A stretch of 64,000 bases of DNA from an uncultured Chloroflexia bacterium (GTDB lineage: Bacteria > Chloroflexota > Limnocylindria > Limnocylindrales > CSP1-4): assembly GCA_963813535.1 (NCBI GenBank), contig CAWEZH010000002.1, positions 384,001-448,000 on the forward strand, read 5' to 3'. Below the pieces are notes generated by a model. That model saw only the letters and a program-made list of their open reading frames with translations, had not been told where the DNA came from and did no database searches. Below are positions 23,639 through 33,332 of this stretch, one piece after another (the stretch's first letter is position 1; every line of letters starts with the position of its first letter). A program made the translations under genes and the position numbers.

Positions 23639-24591
23639 CGCCGCTCGCCTGCGTAGAAGACCCATCGGCTCGACGACCAGAAGAGCAGCATCGCCAGGAA
23701 GAGCACGATCAGGAACAGCACCCAGGCGAGCGCGGACGCATAGCCGAGCTGGTTGAAGCTGAACGCCTCACGGTAGAGGTTGACGTTGTAGAAGTTGGTC
23801 GAGTCGTCCGGCTGGCCGTTCTTGAGGACGTAGGCCTGGATGAAGTACTGCGACACCCCGACGCAGCTGATGAGCAGGCTGTAGAACAGCACCGGGCTCA
23901 GAAGCGGCAGCGTGATCCGCCGGAACGTCGTCCAGGCGCCGGCGCCATCGACCTTGGCGGCGTCGTACAGCTCTGTCGGGATGCTCTGGATGCCCGCCAG
24001 GGCGATCAGCATCATCGCGCCGATCCCCCACAGCCCGACGATGCCCAGGGACGGCAGCACCCAGACCGGGTCGTTGAGCCAGTCCGGGCCGCTGACCCCG
24101 ACGAAGCCGAGCAGGCCGTTCACCCAGCCGGTCTCGGCGTTGAGGACGCCCGCCCAGATGAGCGTGCTGGCCACGAGCGGGATCTGGGTGGGCATGTAGA
24201 AGAGCGTCCGGAACCCGCGCCGCCCGAACAATCGGGGCGAGTTGAGCAGCACGGCCAGGCCGACCGCAAGGGCGATCGTCGGCGGGACGGTGATGATGGC
24301 GAACCGGAGCGTGACGCCTAGCGACTGCAGGACGTTGGGGTCGCGCAGCAGTTGAGCGTAGTTGGCCAGTCCGACGAACTGGACCTCATCGGGCCGGCGC
24401 AGGTCGAAATCGGTGAGGCTGAAGTACAGCGCGAGGGCCATCGGGATCGCCGTGAAGAGGACGAAGCCGACGATCCAGGGCGAGACGAAGAGCCAGCCCC
24501 AGGCCGCCTCGCGACGCGACGCGGTCCACCGCCAGCGTGATCGCGGGATCGTCGATCCCGGCAGGGCAGGGGCGTCGGGCCGGCCGATCAT
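23635..24591 (-). CDS. Carbohydrate ABC transporter permease (MalF-like)
   Basis: FVGLANY, LYDAAKVDGA, ITLPLLSP, GYASALAW. Confidence 0.92.
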   Translation of the reverse strand: MIGRPDAPALPGSTIPRSRWRWTASRREAAWGWLFVSPWIVGFVLFTAIPMALALYFSLTDFDLRRPDEVQFVGLANYAQLLRDPNVLQSLGVTLRFAIITVPPTIALAVGLAVLLNSPRLFGRRGFRTLFYMPTQIPLVASTLIWAGVLNAETGWVNGLLGFVGVSGPDWLNDPVWVLPSLGIVGLWGIGAMMLIALAGIQSIPTELYDAAKVDGAGAWTTFRRITLPLLSPVLFYSLLISCVGVSQYFIQAYVLKNGQPDDSTNFYNVNLYREAFSFNQLGYASALAWVLFLIVLFLAMLLFWSSSRWVFYAGERR

Positions 24592-24625
24592 GTCGGAACG
24601 CCTCGTGCTCGGTGGTGGTAGGGAT

Positions 24626-24665
24626 GACGGAAGCGCGTCGGAGGAGAGTGCGACGCGCTTCCGTC
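24626..24665. terminator. Intergenic stem-loop after the sugar-binding-protein gene (partial terminator or mRNA stabiliser)
   Basis: GACGGAAGCGCGTCG-N10-CGACGCGCTTCCGTC, a perfect 15-bp stem. Confidence 0.65.
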
Positions 24666-24675
24666 GATGATGGAC

Positions 24676-26139
24676 CTACTGGTCCTGGTCGAATAGACCT
24701 TGGAGCTCGGTCTTGAGCTTGTCGGATTCCGCCGACACGTCGAGACCGTCGGTCGTGATCAGGGTCTCCTGGAACGCCTTCACGGCGGCATCCGACTTCA
24801 GGAAGTTCGGCATGTCCGCTTCATGGCTCGGCACGTCCGGGTAGGCCAGCATGTCGCGAGCGACCTGCCAGTCGATGTCGTTCGGCGCGAACCGCTCCTC
24901 GAGCGCCGCGAAGAACGCTTCCTGCTTCGACGCGACGGCCGGCAGCGCGCCGTAGCGAGCGATCAGCTTGTCGTTGCCAAGCAGGTAGGACAGGACTTCG
25001 AACGCCTCATCAGGATGGGCGGTCGACTTCATGATCCCGAACGTATCGGCGTGGAGCTTGGCGGTCGTCGAGCCGTCATGACTCGGCGGGACCGCGATGT
25101 CGAAGGACTTGGCCTGCGGCTCACCCTCGGCGGGCCAGGCGCAGCACGTGTACCAAAGGTGCACGAAGTCCATCGCGATGTTGCCCGACTGGAAAGCGTT
25201 GTCGCTGTTGAGGAGCTCGGAGCGGTTCTCGGAACCGTTGGGGATGAACCCGTCCTTCCACATGCCGTCGTAGTACCACTGCCAGGCGGCCTTCCAGTTG
25301 TCGGGGATCTGGGCCGTCGTTCCGTCATCGGCGACGAGGGAGCCCGGGCCGAACTGGGTGCCCCAGCCACGTGGATCCGTCCACTGCATGTAGTAGCCCC
25401 ACTGGGCCGTCGTGTCCTTGTCGAAGCCAGCGCTCGCGCCATCGTTGCCGGCCTTGTCGACCGTCAGCTTCTTGGCGAGCTCGGTGAGCGTCTCCCAGGT
25501 CCAGTCCTTGCCGTCGTACTTCTCGCCGATCTTGTGGGGCGGCTCCGGCACACCGGCCTCATCGAAGAGAGCCTTGTTGTAGTAGAGGAACGAGGGGTAG
25601 ATGGCGAACGGGATACCGACCTGGCCGCCGAATCCCTCCTTGTACGCAGCGAGGATCTTGGGGTCGATACCGCTCACGTCGTAGCTGTTCTTGTCGATGA
25701 ACGGCTGCAGATCGAGCAGCTGGTCGCCGTACGAGTAGAACCCGCGGAAGCCGACGGGCCCGATGATGTCCGGCGGGTTGCCGGCGGCGATCTGTGTGCT
25801 GAGGATGTCGTAGGCGGTCGTGTTCTGGTAGATCTCGAGGCTCAGGGTGATCTTGTCCTGGCTCTCATTGAATTCCGTCACGACGGCCTGCTCGTCGGCG
25901 ATCTGGTCCGGCTGCGCGCCGGTGCCCAGGCCCACGAACCAGCGGATCAGGACCTTGCCGTCGGCGGTGAGACCGCCCTCGCTGGTAGCGACGGGCGCGG
26001 GGGTGATGGCCACGTTGGCGCTCGGTGCGGCGGCGCTCGGCGCCGCGCTCGGTGCCGCGCTGTTACACGCGACCGCGATCATGCTGATGAGACTGGCCAG
26101 GACGAGGCGTCGGCCGGACCCGGCGTATCGGTGATCCAT
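24676..26139 (-). CDS. Sugar ABC transporter substrate-binding lipoprotein
   Basis: Lipobox AVAC, Ala/Pro linker, PPDIIG, LYYNKALF, WTWE. GGAGGAG RBS. Confidence 0.92.
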   Translation of the reverse strand: MDHRYAGSGRRLVLASLISMIAVACNSAAPSAAPSAAAPSANVAITPAPVATSEGGLTADGKVLIRWFVGLGTGAQPDQIADEQAVVTEFNESQDKITLSLEIYQNTTAYDILSTQIAAGNPPDIIGPVGFRGFYSYGDQLLDLQPFIDKNSYDVSGIDPKILAAYKEGFGGQVGIPFAIYPSFLYYNKALFDEAGVPEPPHKIGEKYDGKDWTWETLTELAKKLTVDKAGNDGASAGFDKDTTAQWGYYMQWTDPRGWGTQFGPGSLVADDGTTAQIPDNWKAAWQWYYDGMWKDGFIPNGSENRSELLNSDNAFQSGNIAMDFVHLWYTCCAWPAEGEPQAKSFDIAVPPSHDGSTTAKLHADTFGIMKSTAHPDEAFEVLSYLLGNDKLIARYGALPAVASKQEAFFAALEERFAPNDIDWQVARDMLAYPDVPSHEADMPNFLKSDAAVKAFQETLITTDGLDVSAESDKLKTELQGLFDQDQ

Positions 26140-26225
26140 CGATGCGATCCTCCTCCGTTGTCGATTCCACTGCTTGCTGCTTGACGGTGACGGTGTCGGT
26201 GGCGGGGTGTGGCGGTCGTCGGTCG

Positions 26226-27278
26226 TCAGGGCATGGCCCTCCCCGCACTCGAGGCGCGCGCGATGAGCTCGGTGGTGAGGACGATCCGACGGGGGACACG
26301 GCCGGTCTGTTCGATGCTTTCGGACAGAAGATGGACCATCTCGCGCCCCATCTCTTCGATGGGCTGGCGAACGCTCGACAGCGTCGGCCGGGTGGTGGTG
26401 GCGATCGGCGAGTCGTCGTAGCCGACCACGGCGACATCCCCGGGTACATGCCGCCCGGCGGCCTGCAGGACACCGAGGGCGGCGACGGCCATCAGGTCGG
26501 ACGCGCAGAAGACCGCGTCGAGGTCGGGACGATCGCGAAGGAGCCGCTCCATCGCAGCCTCCCCGCCGGCCTGGGTGAAGTCGCCCTCCGCGATCAGGCC
26601 GTCGTCGATCGCGATCCCGGCGTCGGTGAGGGCGTCGCGATAGCCGGCGAGCCGATCGATGCCGGCCACCATGTCGTGCGGGCCGCTGATCGTGGCGACC
26701 TGTCGGCGTCCGGACGCGACCAGGTGGCTCGTCGCGCGACGCGCGCCGTCGCGGTTGTCGGCGTCGACGTAGTCCACATCGACGCCACGCGGTGGTCGTC
26801 CGAGGACGACCGACGGGATGCGCCGGTTGGCCAGCTGGTCGGGCAGCGGATCGTCGCCGTGGAGGCTCACGAGGATGACCCCATCGACGTGACCGGCGGT
26901 GAGATAGCGGACCGTGCGCTGCTCGTCCACCTCGTCGTCCGGCATCAGCAGCACGAGCTGCAGGTCGCGCACCGACAGGGCAGCGCTCACGCCACGCACG
27001 AGCCTCGGGAAGAACGGGTCACTGAACAGCCGGCTGGCGGGCTCTGTGATGACCAGCGCGATCGAGTCGCTGCGCCGGGTGACGAGGCTGCGGGCCGCGC
27101 GGTTGGGCACGTAGCCGAGGCGCTCGATGGCCTTCTCGACCGTCCGTCGCACATCGGCGCTGACCTTGGGGGAGCCGTTCACGACCCGGGAGACCGTCGC
27201 CCGCGAGACGCCGGCGACGCGGGCGACCTCGTCGAGCGTCGCGACAGGCTTCGCGGGGGATGGCTCGAGCTGCGCCAT
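26226..27278 (-). CDS. LacI-family transcriptional regulator
   Basis: TLDEVARVAGVSRATVSRV HTH, YVPNRAARSL hinge, VVGYDD, LSSVRQP. Confidence 0.95.
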   Translation of the reverse strand: MAQLEPSPAKPVATLDEVARVAGVSRATVSRVVNGSPKVSADVRRTVEKAIERLGYVPNRAARSLVTRRSDSIALVITEPASRLFSDPFFPRLVRGVSAALSVRDLQLVLLMPDDEVDEQRTVRYLTAGHVDGVILVSLHGDDPLPDQLANRRIPSVVLGRPPRGVDVDYVDADNRDGARRATSHLVASGRRQVATISGPHDMVAGIDRLAGYRDALTDAGIAIDDGLIAEGDFTQAGGEAAMERLLRDRPDLDAVFCASDLMAVAALGVLQAAGRHVPGDVAVVGYDDSPIATTTRPTLSSVRQPIEEMGREMVHLLSESIEQTGRVPRRIVLTTELIARASSAGRAMP

Positions 27279-27310
27279 GTGGTCGTTCTCGGCTAGGGGT
27301 CCGCGGCGCT

Positions 27311-27326
27311 GTGAGAGCGCTCTCAC
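27311..27326. promoter_or_regulatory. LacI-type operator (CelR/CebR-box-like)
   Basis: Perfect palindrome GTGAGAGCGCTCTCAC upstream of the LacI gene. A second imperfect site GAGAGCGCTTAC lies at 27359-27370, next to a minus-strand TTGACA (27353-27358). Confidence 0.8.
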
Positions 27327-27439
27327 GTTCCGATTGGCACCATATCACCTGTTGTCAAGAGAGCGCTTACAGCAGATTTCGCCGCGTCCGCAGCACGGAC
27401 ACCGAAGACGACCGGTCGCGTGTGCGAGACTCTTCGCCG

Positions 27440-28927
27440 ATGGCGATCGAGACATCCAGCGCGACGGTCAGCACGGCGCGCGACCGGTACGAGGCGGTCA
27501 TCGGGATCGAGGTCCACTGCCAGCTGCGGACCGAGTCCAAGATGTTCTGCGCGTGTTCCACCGCGTATGACGGTGCGCCGCCCAACACCCACGTCTGCCC
27601 GGTGTGCTTCGGTCTGCCCGGCGCGCTCCCGGTGATCAACCAGCGAGCGGTCGAATACGTCCTCATGACGGGGCTCGCGATCGAGGCGATCACGCCCGAC
27701 GCGACGCGCTGGGATCGGAAGAACTACTTCTACCCGGACCTGCCGAAGGGCTACCAGATCAGCCAGTACGACCTTCCACTGGCGTCGGGTGGGCGGCTGA
27801 CCATCGACACGTCGGACGGCCCGTTCACGATCGGCATCACTCGAGCGCACCTCGAGGAGGACACGGCGAAGCTCATCCACTCGACGAGCGCCGACGGTCG
27901 CAAGGTCAGCCTCATCGACTTCAACCGGTCGGGGGCGCCGTTGATGGAGATCGTCACCGACCCCGACATCCGCACCGCCGAGCAGGCACGGAACTACGCG
28001 GAGGAGCTCCAGCTGCTCCTTCGGACGATCGGGGCGTCCGATGCCGACATGGAGCGCGGCCAGATGCGGGTCGAGGCGAACATCTCGATCCGACCACGTG
28101 GTTCGACCGAGTTCGGCACGCGCGTCGAGGTCAAGAACATGAACTCGTTCCGGTCGGTGGAGCGTGCCATCGCGTTCGAGATCGATCGGCAGGTCGCGGC
28201 GCTGGACGGCGGTGAGCCGCTGGTCCTGGAGACGCGTGGCTGGTCGGACGATCGGGGCGCGACGTACCACATGCGCTCCAAGGAGACGTCGGACGACTAC
28301 CGCTACTTCCCGGAGCCCGACCTGCCACCGCTCCGTGTGGACCGGCCATGGCTCGATCGGCTGCGGTCCGCGATGCCGGAGCTCCCCGCGGCCCGCCGAG
28401 AGCGGTTCCGCACGGCCTTGGGCCTCACGGCGTACGACGCCGGCGTGCTCGTCGCCGATCCGGATGCGGCGAGCCTGTTCGAGGCGACCGTGGCGGCGGA
28501 TACGTCGGCATCGACCAAGTCGGTGGCGAACTGGGTCAGCGGCGAATACCTCCGCCTCCGCAACGCGGCGACGTCGGACGCCCCGGTGCGGATCGAGCCC
28601 GCCGAGCTCGCGGCGCTGGTGAAGCTCGTCGACGACGGTTCCATCTCGCGCGCGAATGCCAAGGAGGTCCTAGCGGCCCATGCGACAGCGGGCACCCCGG
28701 TCGCGAGCGTCATCGCGGAGCGTGGTTTCCGCCAGATCTCCGATACAGGGATCGTGGGTCGGGCCGTCGACGAGGTCCTCGCCGCCAACCCGAACGCCGT
28801 CGCCGACTACAAGGCCGGCAAGGTCCAGGTCATCGGCTTCCTGGTCGGGCAGGTGATGAAGGCGACGAAGGGACAGGCCGAGGCGTCGATCGTGCAGACC
28901 CTGGTTCGCGAGCGGCTCGACGCATGA
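27440..28927 (+). CDS. gatB: Asp/Glu-tRNA amidotransferase subunit B
   Basis: YEAVIGIEVHCQL, DRKNYFYPDLPKGYQISQ, HLEED, EVKNMNS, DYRYFPEPDL, GQVMK. Start at ATG 27440 is inferred. Confidence 0.97.
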   Translation: MAIETSSATVSTARDRYEAVIGIEVHCQLRTESKMFCACSTAYDGAPPNTHVCPVCFGLPGALPVINQRAVEYVLMTGLAIEAITPDATRWDRKNYFYPDLPKGYQISQYDLPLASGGRLTIDTSDGPFTIGITRAHLEEDTAKLIHSTSADGRKVSLIDFNRSGAPLMEIVTDPDIRTAEQARNYAEELQLLLRTIGASDADMERGQMRVEANISIRPRGSTEFGTRVEVKNMNSFRSVERAIAFEIDRQVAALDGGEPLVLETRGWSDDRGATYHMRSKETSDDYRYFPEPDLPPLRVDRPWLDRLRSAMPELPAARRERFRTALGLTAYDAGVLVADPDAASLFEATVAADTSASTKSVANWVSGEYLRLRNAATSDAPVRIEPAELAALVKLVDDGSISRANAKEVLAAHATAGTPVASVIAERGFRQISDTGIVGRAVDEVLAANPNAVADYKAGKVQVIGFLVGQVMKATKGQAEASIVQTLVRERLDA

Positions 28928-29202
28928 ACCTCACCAACGTCGTGTTCTGGGCCCTCGGTGCTGCCCTGATGGCGATCGGCTATGCGCGCGTGAGGGGTCC
29001 GTGGTCCCGCTACCGGGCGTTGCGTGAGCAACAGGCGAACATCGACCGCTACGAGGCATGGCGAGGGGGGTTGCGGACGCAGGACGACGGGCCGACGGGG
29101 GCATCCGTCGCCATGGACCAGGCCCGCCGCGCGGCCTCGGTCGGTGGGGTCATCATCGCGGTCGGGGTCGCGCTCTTCGCCCTCGGGTTCCTGTTCCGCT
29201 AA
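28924..29202 (+). CDS. Small hypothetical membrane protein (2 TM)
   Basis: ATGA overlap with gatB; MNLTNVVFWALG... with two hydrophobic helices. Confidence 0.7.
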   Translation: MNLTNVVFWALGAALMAIGYARVRGPWSRYRALREQQANIDRYEAWRGGLRTQDDGPTGASVAMDQARRAASVGGVIIAVGVALFALGFLFR

Positions 29203-30092
29203 TCCCGCTCGAGCAGGCGACCGTAGGCGTCGTCCGGCAGGGGTCGGACCCACATCGTCGGTCGCGCCCCACCGATCCTTCCGTGCTCGGCCGCCGCACG
29301 CAGGTCCCCGCTGGCCCACCACTCGGCCAGGAGGTACGCGATGAACGCATCGCCACAACCGACCGTGGTGCCGCTGACGGGGACGGGCTCGACGGGCACC
29401 CGTGTCTCGACCTGATCGGTCCTGCCGTCGACCAGGAGCACGCCCTGCGATCCGAAGGTCACGACAAGGCGCTTGCCGAGGTCGGTCACGATCCGGGACA
29501 GGGCTTCGACAGCATCGTCCTCCGGAGAGCCGGGCCAGCCGACGACCGCCAGGTCCACCCACCGCATGGTGTCGGCGAACCGTTCCGGCGTGTAGTGCCG
29601 GAAACCGAGGAAATCGGCGGCTACCTCGATGCCCTCGAGGAGACCAGCCTCGCCGAGGCGGGTGAGCTCCGCGATCACGCCCTCGACGAGGATCCCGTGC
29701 AGCCGCTTGGCCTCGCGCAGCCGGCGCTCCTCGCCCGGCGTCAGACGGAAGTCCTCACAGACGCCCTGTACGTAGTGGTCCATCCACGGCTGACGGTCGG
29801 GCATGAACTCGATGTCGATCGACGCCGATGGACCGTCGCGCACGACCGAGGCGCGCGATCCGTAGTCGATCGCGTGCCGGTCGAGCATGTCGAGGAACAT
29901 GTCCGCGTCCCGATCGCCGACGCGGGTGATGAGCCGGAACGGCAGGCCCAACGAGCGCCAGTGCCAGGCCACGTTCAGGGCGCCACCACCCGGCAGGACC
30001 GGGCCATCCGGTCGGTAGCGGTCGAGGCTGAGTGCCCCGAGGAGCAGCGTCTCCGGACCGGCCGGTGTCTCCTGTGCCGGGGGTTCGGTCAC
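29199..30092 (-). CDS. PfkB-family carbohydrate kinase
   Basis: PGGGALNVA, VVTFGSQG, TVGCGDAF anion-hole motif. GTGA overlap with the upstream gene. Confidence 0.85.
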   Translation of the reverse strand: MTEPPAQETPAGPETLLLGALSLDRYRPDGPVLPGGGALNVAWHWRSLGLPFRLITRVGDRDADMFLDMLDRHAIDYGSRASVVRDGPSASIDIEFMPDRQPWMDHYVQGVCEDFRLTPGEERRLREAKRLHGILVEGVIAELTRLGEAGLLEGIEVAADFLGFRHYTPERFADTMRWVDLAVVGWPGSPEDDAVEALSRIVTDLGKRLVVTFGSQGVLLVDGRTDQVETRVPVEPVPVSGTTVGCGDAFIAYLLAEWWASGDLRAAAEHGRIGGARPTMWVRPLPDDAYGRLLERD

Positions 30093-30835
30093 AGGCCCGC
30101 CAGCGGCTGCGCGCGGTCGGCGCCGGACGCCAGGAACCGGTCGTAGCGGACCTCGACCACCTTGCTCGACTGCCAGAACGCCTCGACCGACAGGTGGCCG
30201 CTCCCCTCCGAGTGGTACCACTCGATCCGGCTCGCAAGGTTGCTGATCAGCGCCGGGTCATGGACCGGAACGACCGCCGGGCTGAGCATGAACCCGGGCG
30301 AGTCAGGCTCCCGGATCTGGAGCAGGTAGCGTCCGCGGAAGCCGCGTGCCCGTGGCACCGTGTGCGTCTCGCCGGTCCCAAGGTCGAGGAATGACGCCTC
30401 GGACGCCTCCGTCTCCGTCACGTCCGGCCAGTCGGGGTCGTCGACCAGCTCGGCGATCACACGCCGGACCGAGATGTCCTGGTAGTGGTTCATCGGCGTG
30501 TGCGGCTGCTCGTAGTCGGCGTCAGCGACGTTCTCGACTGCGAAGTCGTACACGTTGCCGCACGTTTCGACCAGGAACCGGACGAGCGCTGGCCGATCCC
30601 GCAGGTACCGTCGATAGCTGGCCTCGTATTCGTCGATGGCGATCGCTACCGGGACGACCTCGCCGCGCACGAGGTTGGCGAGCCGCCAGCCGTCAGGGCC
30701 GAACCGGTCGTCAAGCCGCGCCCGCCAGCGGTGCTTCGCGTCTCCGGCGAAGCCGGGTGAGCCGACGGGGATCCAGACCTCGGCCAGCCGTGCCGCGGGT
30801 TCGCCGAGGTGGCGCCACCAGTCGGTCCGATCCAT
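30089..30835 (-). CDS. Hypothetical protein coupled to the PfkB kinase gene
   Basis: Globular-looking 248-aa ORF whose stop overlaps the kinase start; no family recognised with confidence. Confidence 0.75.
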   Translation of the reverse strand: MDRTDWWRHLGEPAARLAEVWIPVGSPGFAGDAKHRWRARLDDRFGPDGWRLANLVRGEVVPVAIAIDEYEASYRRYLRDRPALVRFLVETCGNVYDFAVENVADADYEQPHTPMNHYQDISVRRVIAELVDDPDWPDVTETEASEASFLDLGTGETHTVPRARGFRGRYLLQIREPDSPGFMLSPAVVPVHDPALISNLASRIEWYHSEGSGHLSVEAFWQSSKVVEVRYDRFLASGADRAQPLAGL

Positions 30836-30901
30836 CGGCGCAGCTTAGCCGCCCATAGACTGGCCGCACGGGGACGGACAGCCAGGAGGAGAGGGCAGGC
30901 C

Positions 30902-32059
30902 ATGCGCGAGCGAACCGAGGGGCGGGGCCTGGCCACGCGGGCGATCCACGCGGGGGAGCGGCCCGACCCGACGACGCACGCGCATCGCACGCCGATCTAC
31001 GCGACGGCCACGTACACGTTCGACACGGCGGCGGACAAGGAGGATGCCGTCGACCGGGCGCTCGCCTGGGAGCCAGGCGCGTACTTCTATTCCCGGACCG
31101 GCAACCCCACCAATCGGGCGCTCGAGGAGAAGCTGGCCTCGCTCGAAGGCGCGGAAGACGCGGTGGTGTCGTCGTCCGGTATGGCGGCCGTGGCCGCCAC
31201 GCTCTTCGCCCACCTCACCGCAGGCGATCACCTGGTGGCAGGCGACGAGCTCTTCGCGATCACCAACGTCCTGCTCGACGAGGACTTCCCGCGGCGGGGC
31301 ATCGGCGTGACCAGGGTCGATCCGACCGACCTCGACGCGGTCGAGGCCGCCGTCACCCCGGCCTCGCGTGCGCTGTTCGTCGAGTGCTCGACGAACCCAC
31401 GTCTCCGCGTCCCCGACCTCGACGCTCTGGCTGCCATCGCGCGCCGGCACGACCTGCTGTTCATCGCCGACAACACGTTCCTGGGTCCCGTGCTCCTCCG
31501 GCCGCTCGAGCACGGAGCCGATCTCGTCGTGCACGCCGCCACGAAGTACCTGTCCGGTCACGGCGACGCGGTGTCCGGGGTCGTGGCCGGCCGCAAGACG
31601 CTCACCGACCCGATCCGGAAGCAGACCGACACCCTCGGCCAGGCGGCCAGCCCGTTCTCGAGCTTCCTCGTCCAGCGCGGGGTGCGCACGTTGCCGCTCC
31701 GATCCAGGGCCGCATCGGCGAACGCGGCTGCCGTGGCGGGATTCCTCGAGGGACACCCGAAGGTCGAATGGGTCCGCTACCCGGGTCTCGCCTCGCACCC
31801 GGACCATGCCGTCGCGCGCCGGCTTCTCGGCGAGCATGGCGGCGCCATGGTCACGTTCAAGCCGAACGGCGGACTGGATGCCATGGCGGCGTTCACGGAC
31901 CACCTGCGGCTGTGCGACATCGGCGTCAGCCTCGGCGACATCCACACGCTCGTGTATCCGCGACCCAAGGACGGCGGCATCATCCGCCTGTCGATCGGCT
32001 GCGAGGACATCGACGACCTGCTCGAGGATTTCGAGCTCGGGCTGTCCTTCGTCGCCTAG
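30902..32059 (+). CDS. PLP-dependent Cys/Met metabolism enzyme (methionine gamma-lyase/cystathionine gamma-synthase family)
   Basis: ATRAIHAG, YSRTGNPT, SSGMAA, DNTF, HAATKYLSGHGD (PLP lysine), YPGL, RLSIGCED. Confidence 0.92.
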   Translation: MRERTEGRGLATRAIHAGERPDPTTHAHRTPIYATATYTFDTAADKEDAVDRALAWEPGAYFYSRTGNPTNRALEEKLASLEGAEDAVVSSSGMAAVAATLFAHLTAGDHLVAGDELFAITNVLLDEDFPRRGIGVTRVDPTDLDAVEAAVTPASRALFVECSTNPRLRVPDLDALAAIARRHDLLFIADNTFLGPVLLRPLEHGADLVVHAATKYLSGHGDAVSGVVAGRKTLTDPIRKQTDTLGQAASPFSSFLVQRGVRTLPLRSRAASANAAAVAGFLEGHPKVEWVRYPGLASHPDHAVARRLLGEHGGAMVTFKPNGGLDAMAAFTDHLRLCDIGVSLGDIHTLVYPRPKDGGIIRLSIGCEDIDDLLEDFELGLSFVA

Positions 32060-32835
32060 CCGCGGCCCAGCTCGGCGGCCGCCGCGAGCGCCGCCCCGAT
32101 CGTGAGGTCCACCCGCCGGACCACGTCGTCCTCGGGCGGCCGGAACCAGTCCTCGCCGCCGAGCTTGCGCGTGCCCTCGACATCCTTCGGGTCGCGGATC
32201 ACGTCCGAGACGGTGAGGATCGTGCCGGCCCGGACATCGCGCCCCTTCGCTCGCTCCCGCATGACGAGCAGGTACACCGCCGCCGTCTCCATCTCCGCCG
32301 CGAGGTAGCCGCGCCGACCCCAGCGCACGACGCCGTCCGGGTGCGGGTCGTAGAAGACGTCGGTCGTGACGATCGGTCCGATATGGGTGGTCAGCCCCTG
32401 GTCGCGGCTGGCCCGGGCGAGGGCGTCGACCACGTCGAACGACGCGGTCGGGGCCGTGGGTTCGCCGGCACCCAGCACGCCACCGATGCCCGCCCACGAG
32501 GCGGCGGCCAGCGCGACGACGACGTCGCCGATGTCGAGTGCACCGAAGCCCCCACACGTCCCGACGCGGATGAACGTGGTCACGCCGAGGTTGAGCAGTT
32601 CCTCCATCACGATCGAGGTCGTCGGCGCGCCCATCATCGTGGTCTGGACCGACACGGGTACGCCGTCGACCCTGCCCGTGTAACCGAGCAGCCCGCGGTT
32701 CTCGTTCACCAGCCGGCTCGCTGCGACCCCGCCGTCGAAGCGGTCGGCGATCCGCGTCGCCCGGTGCGGGTCGCCGGGCAGCAGTACGACCGATGCGTAG
32801 TCGCCCGGCTCGGCATGGAGATGGATCTGGCTCAT
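32056..32835 (-). CDS. deoD: Purine nucleoside phosphorylase (DeoD-type)
   Basis: VLLPGDPHRA, RGLLGYTG, IRVGTCG, TTDVFY, AAEMET, ILTVSD. Confidence 0.85.
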   Translation of the reverse strand: MSQIHLHAEPGDYASVVLLPGDPHRATRIADRFDGGVAASRLVNENRGLLGYTGRVDGVPVSVQTTMMGAPTTSIVMEELLNLGVTTFIRVGTCGGFGALDIGDVVVALAAASWAGIGGVLGAGEPTAPTASFDVVDALARASRDQGLTTHIGPIVTTDVFYDPHPDGVVRWGRRGYLAAEMETAAVYLLVMRERAKGRDVRAGTILTVSDVIRDPKDVEGTRKLGGEDWFRPPEDDVVRRVDLTIGAALAAAAELGRG

Positions 32836-33332
32836 GCTCCCTCCGGGGTCCGCCGGCCGAGGCGACGCCACTCGACCGACAGGCAGCGATCCATGACGAC
32901 GACCAATCCGCCGTCGTGGGCGATGCGCGCGGCCTCCCAGTCGACGATGCCGAGCTGCAGCCACAGGCACCGGGCGCCGACGGCGACCGCCTCGTGCGCG
33001 TGGGCAGCGCACGACTCGGGACGCCGGAACACATCGACGATGTCGACAGGACCGGTCGCGGCGACCGCCTCGCCGAGCGTCGGGAAGGCCGGGACGCCGG
33101 CGACGTGGGTGAGATTGGGGTTGATCGGCACGCAATCGAACCCTGCCGACAGCAGGTGCCGGAAGACGTCGTGGGAGGGTCGGCCCGGCCGGCCCGACGC
33201 ACCGATCACCGCGATCCGGCGGGTCGTCGAGAGGAGCTCTCGGGTGGCATCGTCGTCGAGGAGTGGGGCACTCCCACGCCCCTCCGCCAGGTCGAGGTAG
33301 GCGATCGTCCGCGCGCGGTCCTCTGGGGTCAT
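32832..33332 (-). CDS. CoA-binding domain protein (YccU-like)
   Basis: IAVIGAS, PINP, DIVDVFRR, LWLQLGI, VVMDRC. Confidence 0.9.
   Translation of the reverse strand: MTPEDRARTIAYLDLAEGRGSAPLLDDDATRELLSTTRRIAVIGASGRPGRPSHDVFRHLLSAGFDCVPINPNLTHVAGVPAFPTLGEAVAATGPVDIVDVFRRPESCAAHAHEAVAVGARCLWLQLGIVDWEAARIAHDGGLVVVMDRCLSVEWRRLGRRTPEGA

Noticed and set aside
30836-30901. SAM riboswitch or T-box upstream of the Met/Cys lyase (also checked before metG)
   Set aside because: The intergenic regions are only about 60 bp and lack the consensus motifs.
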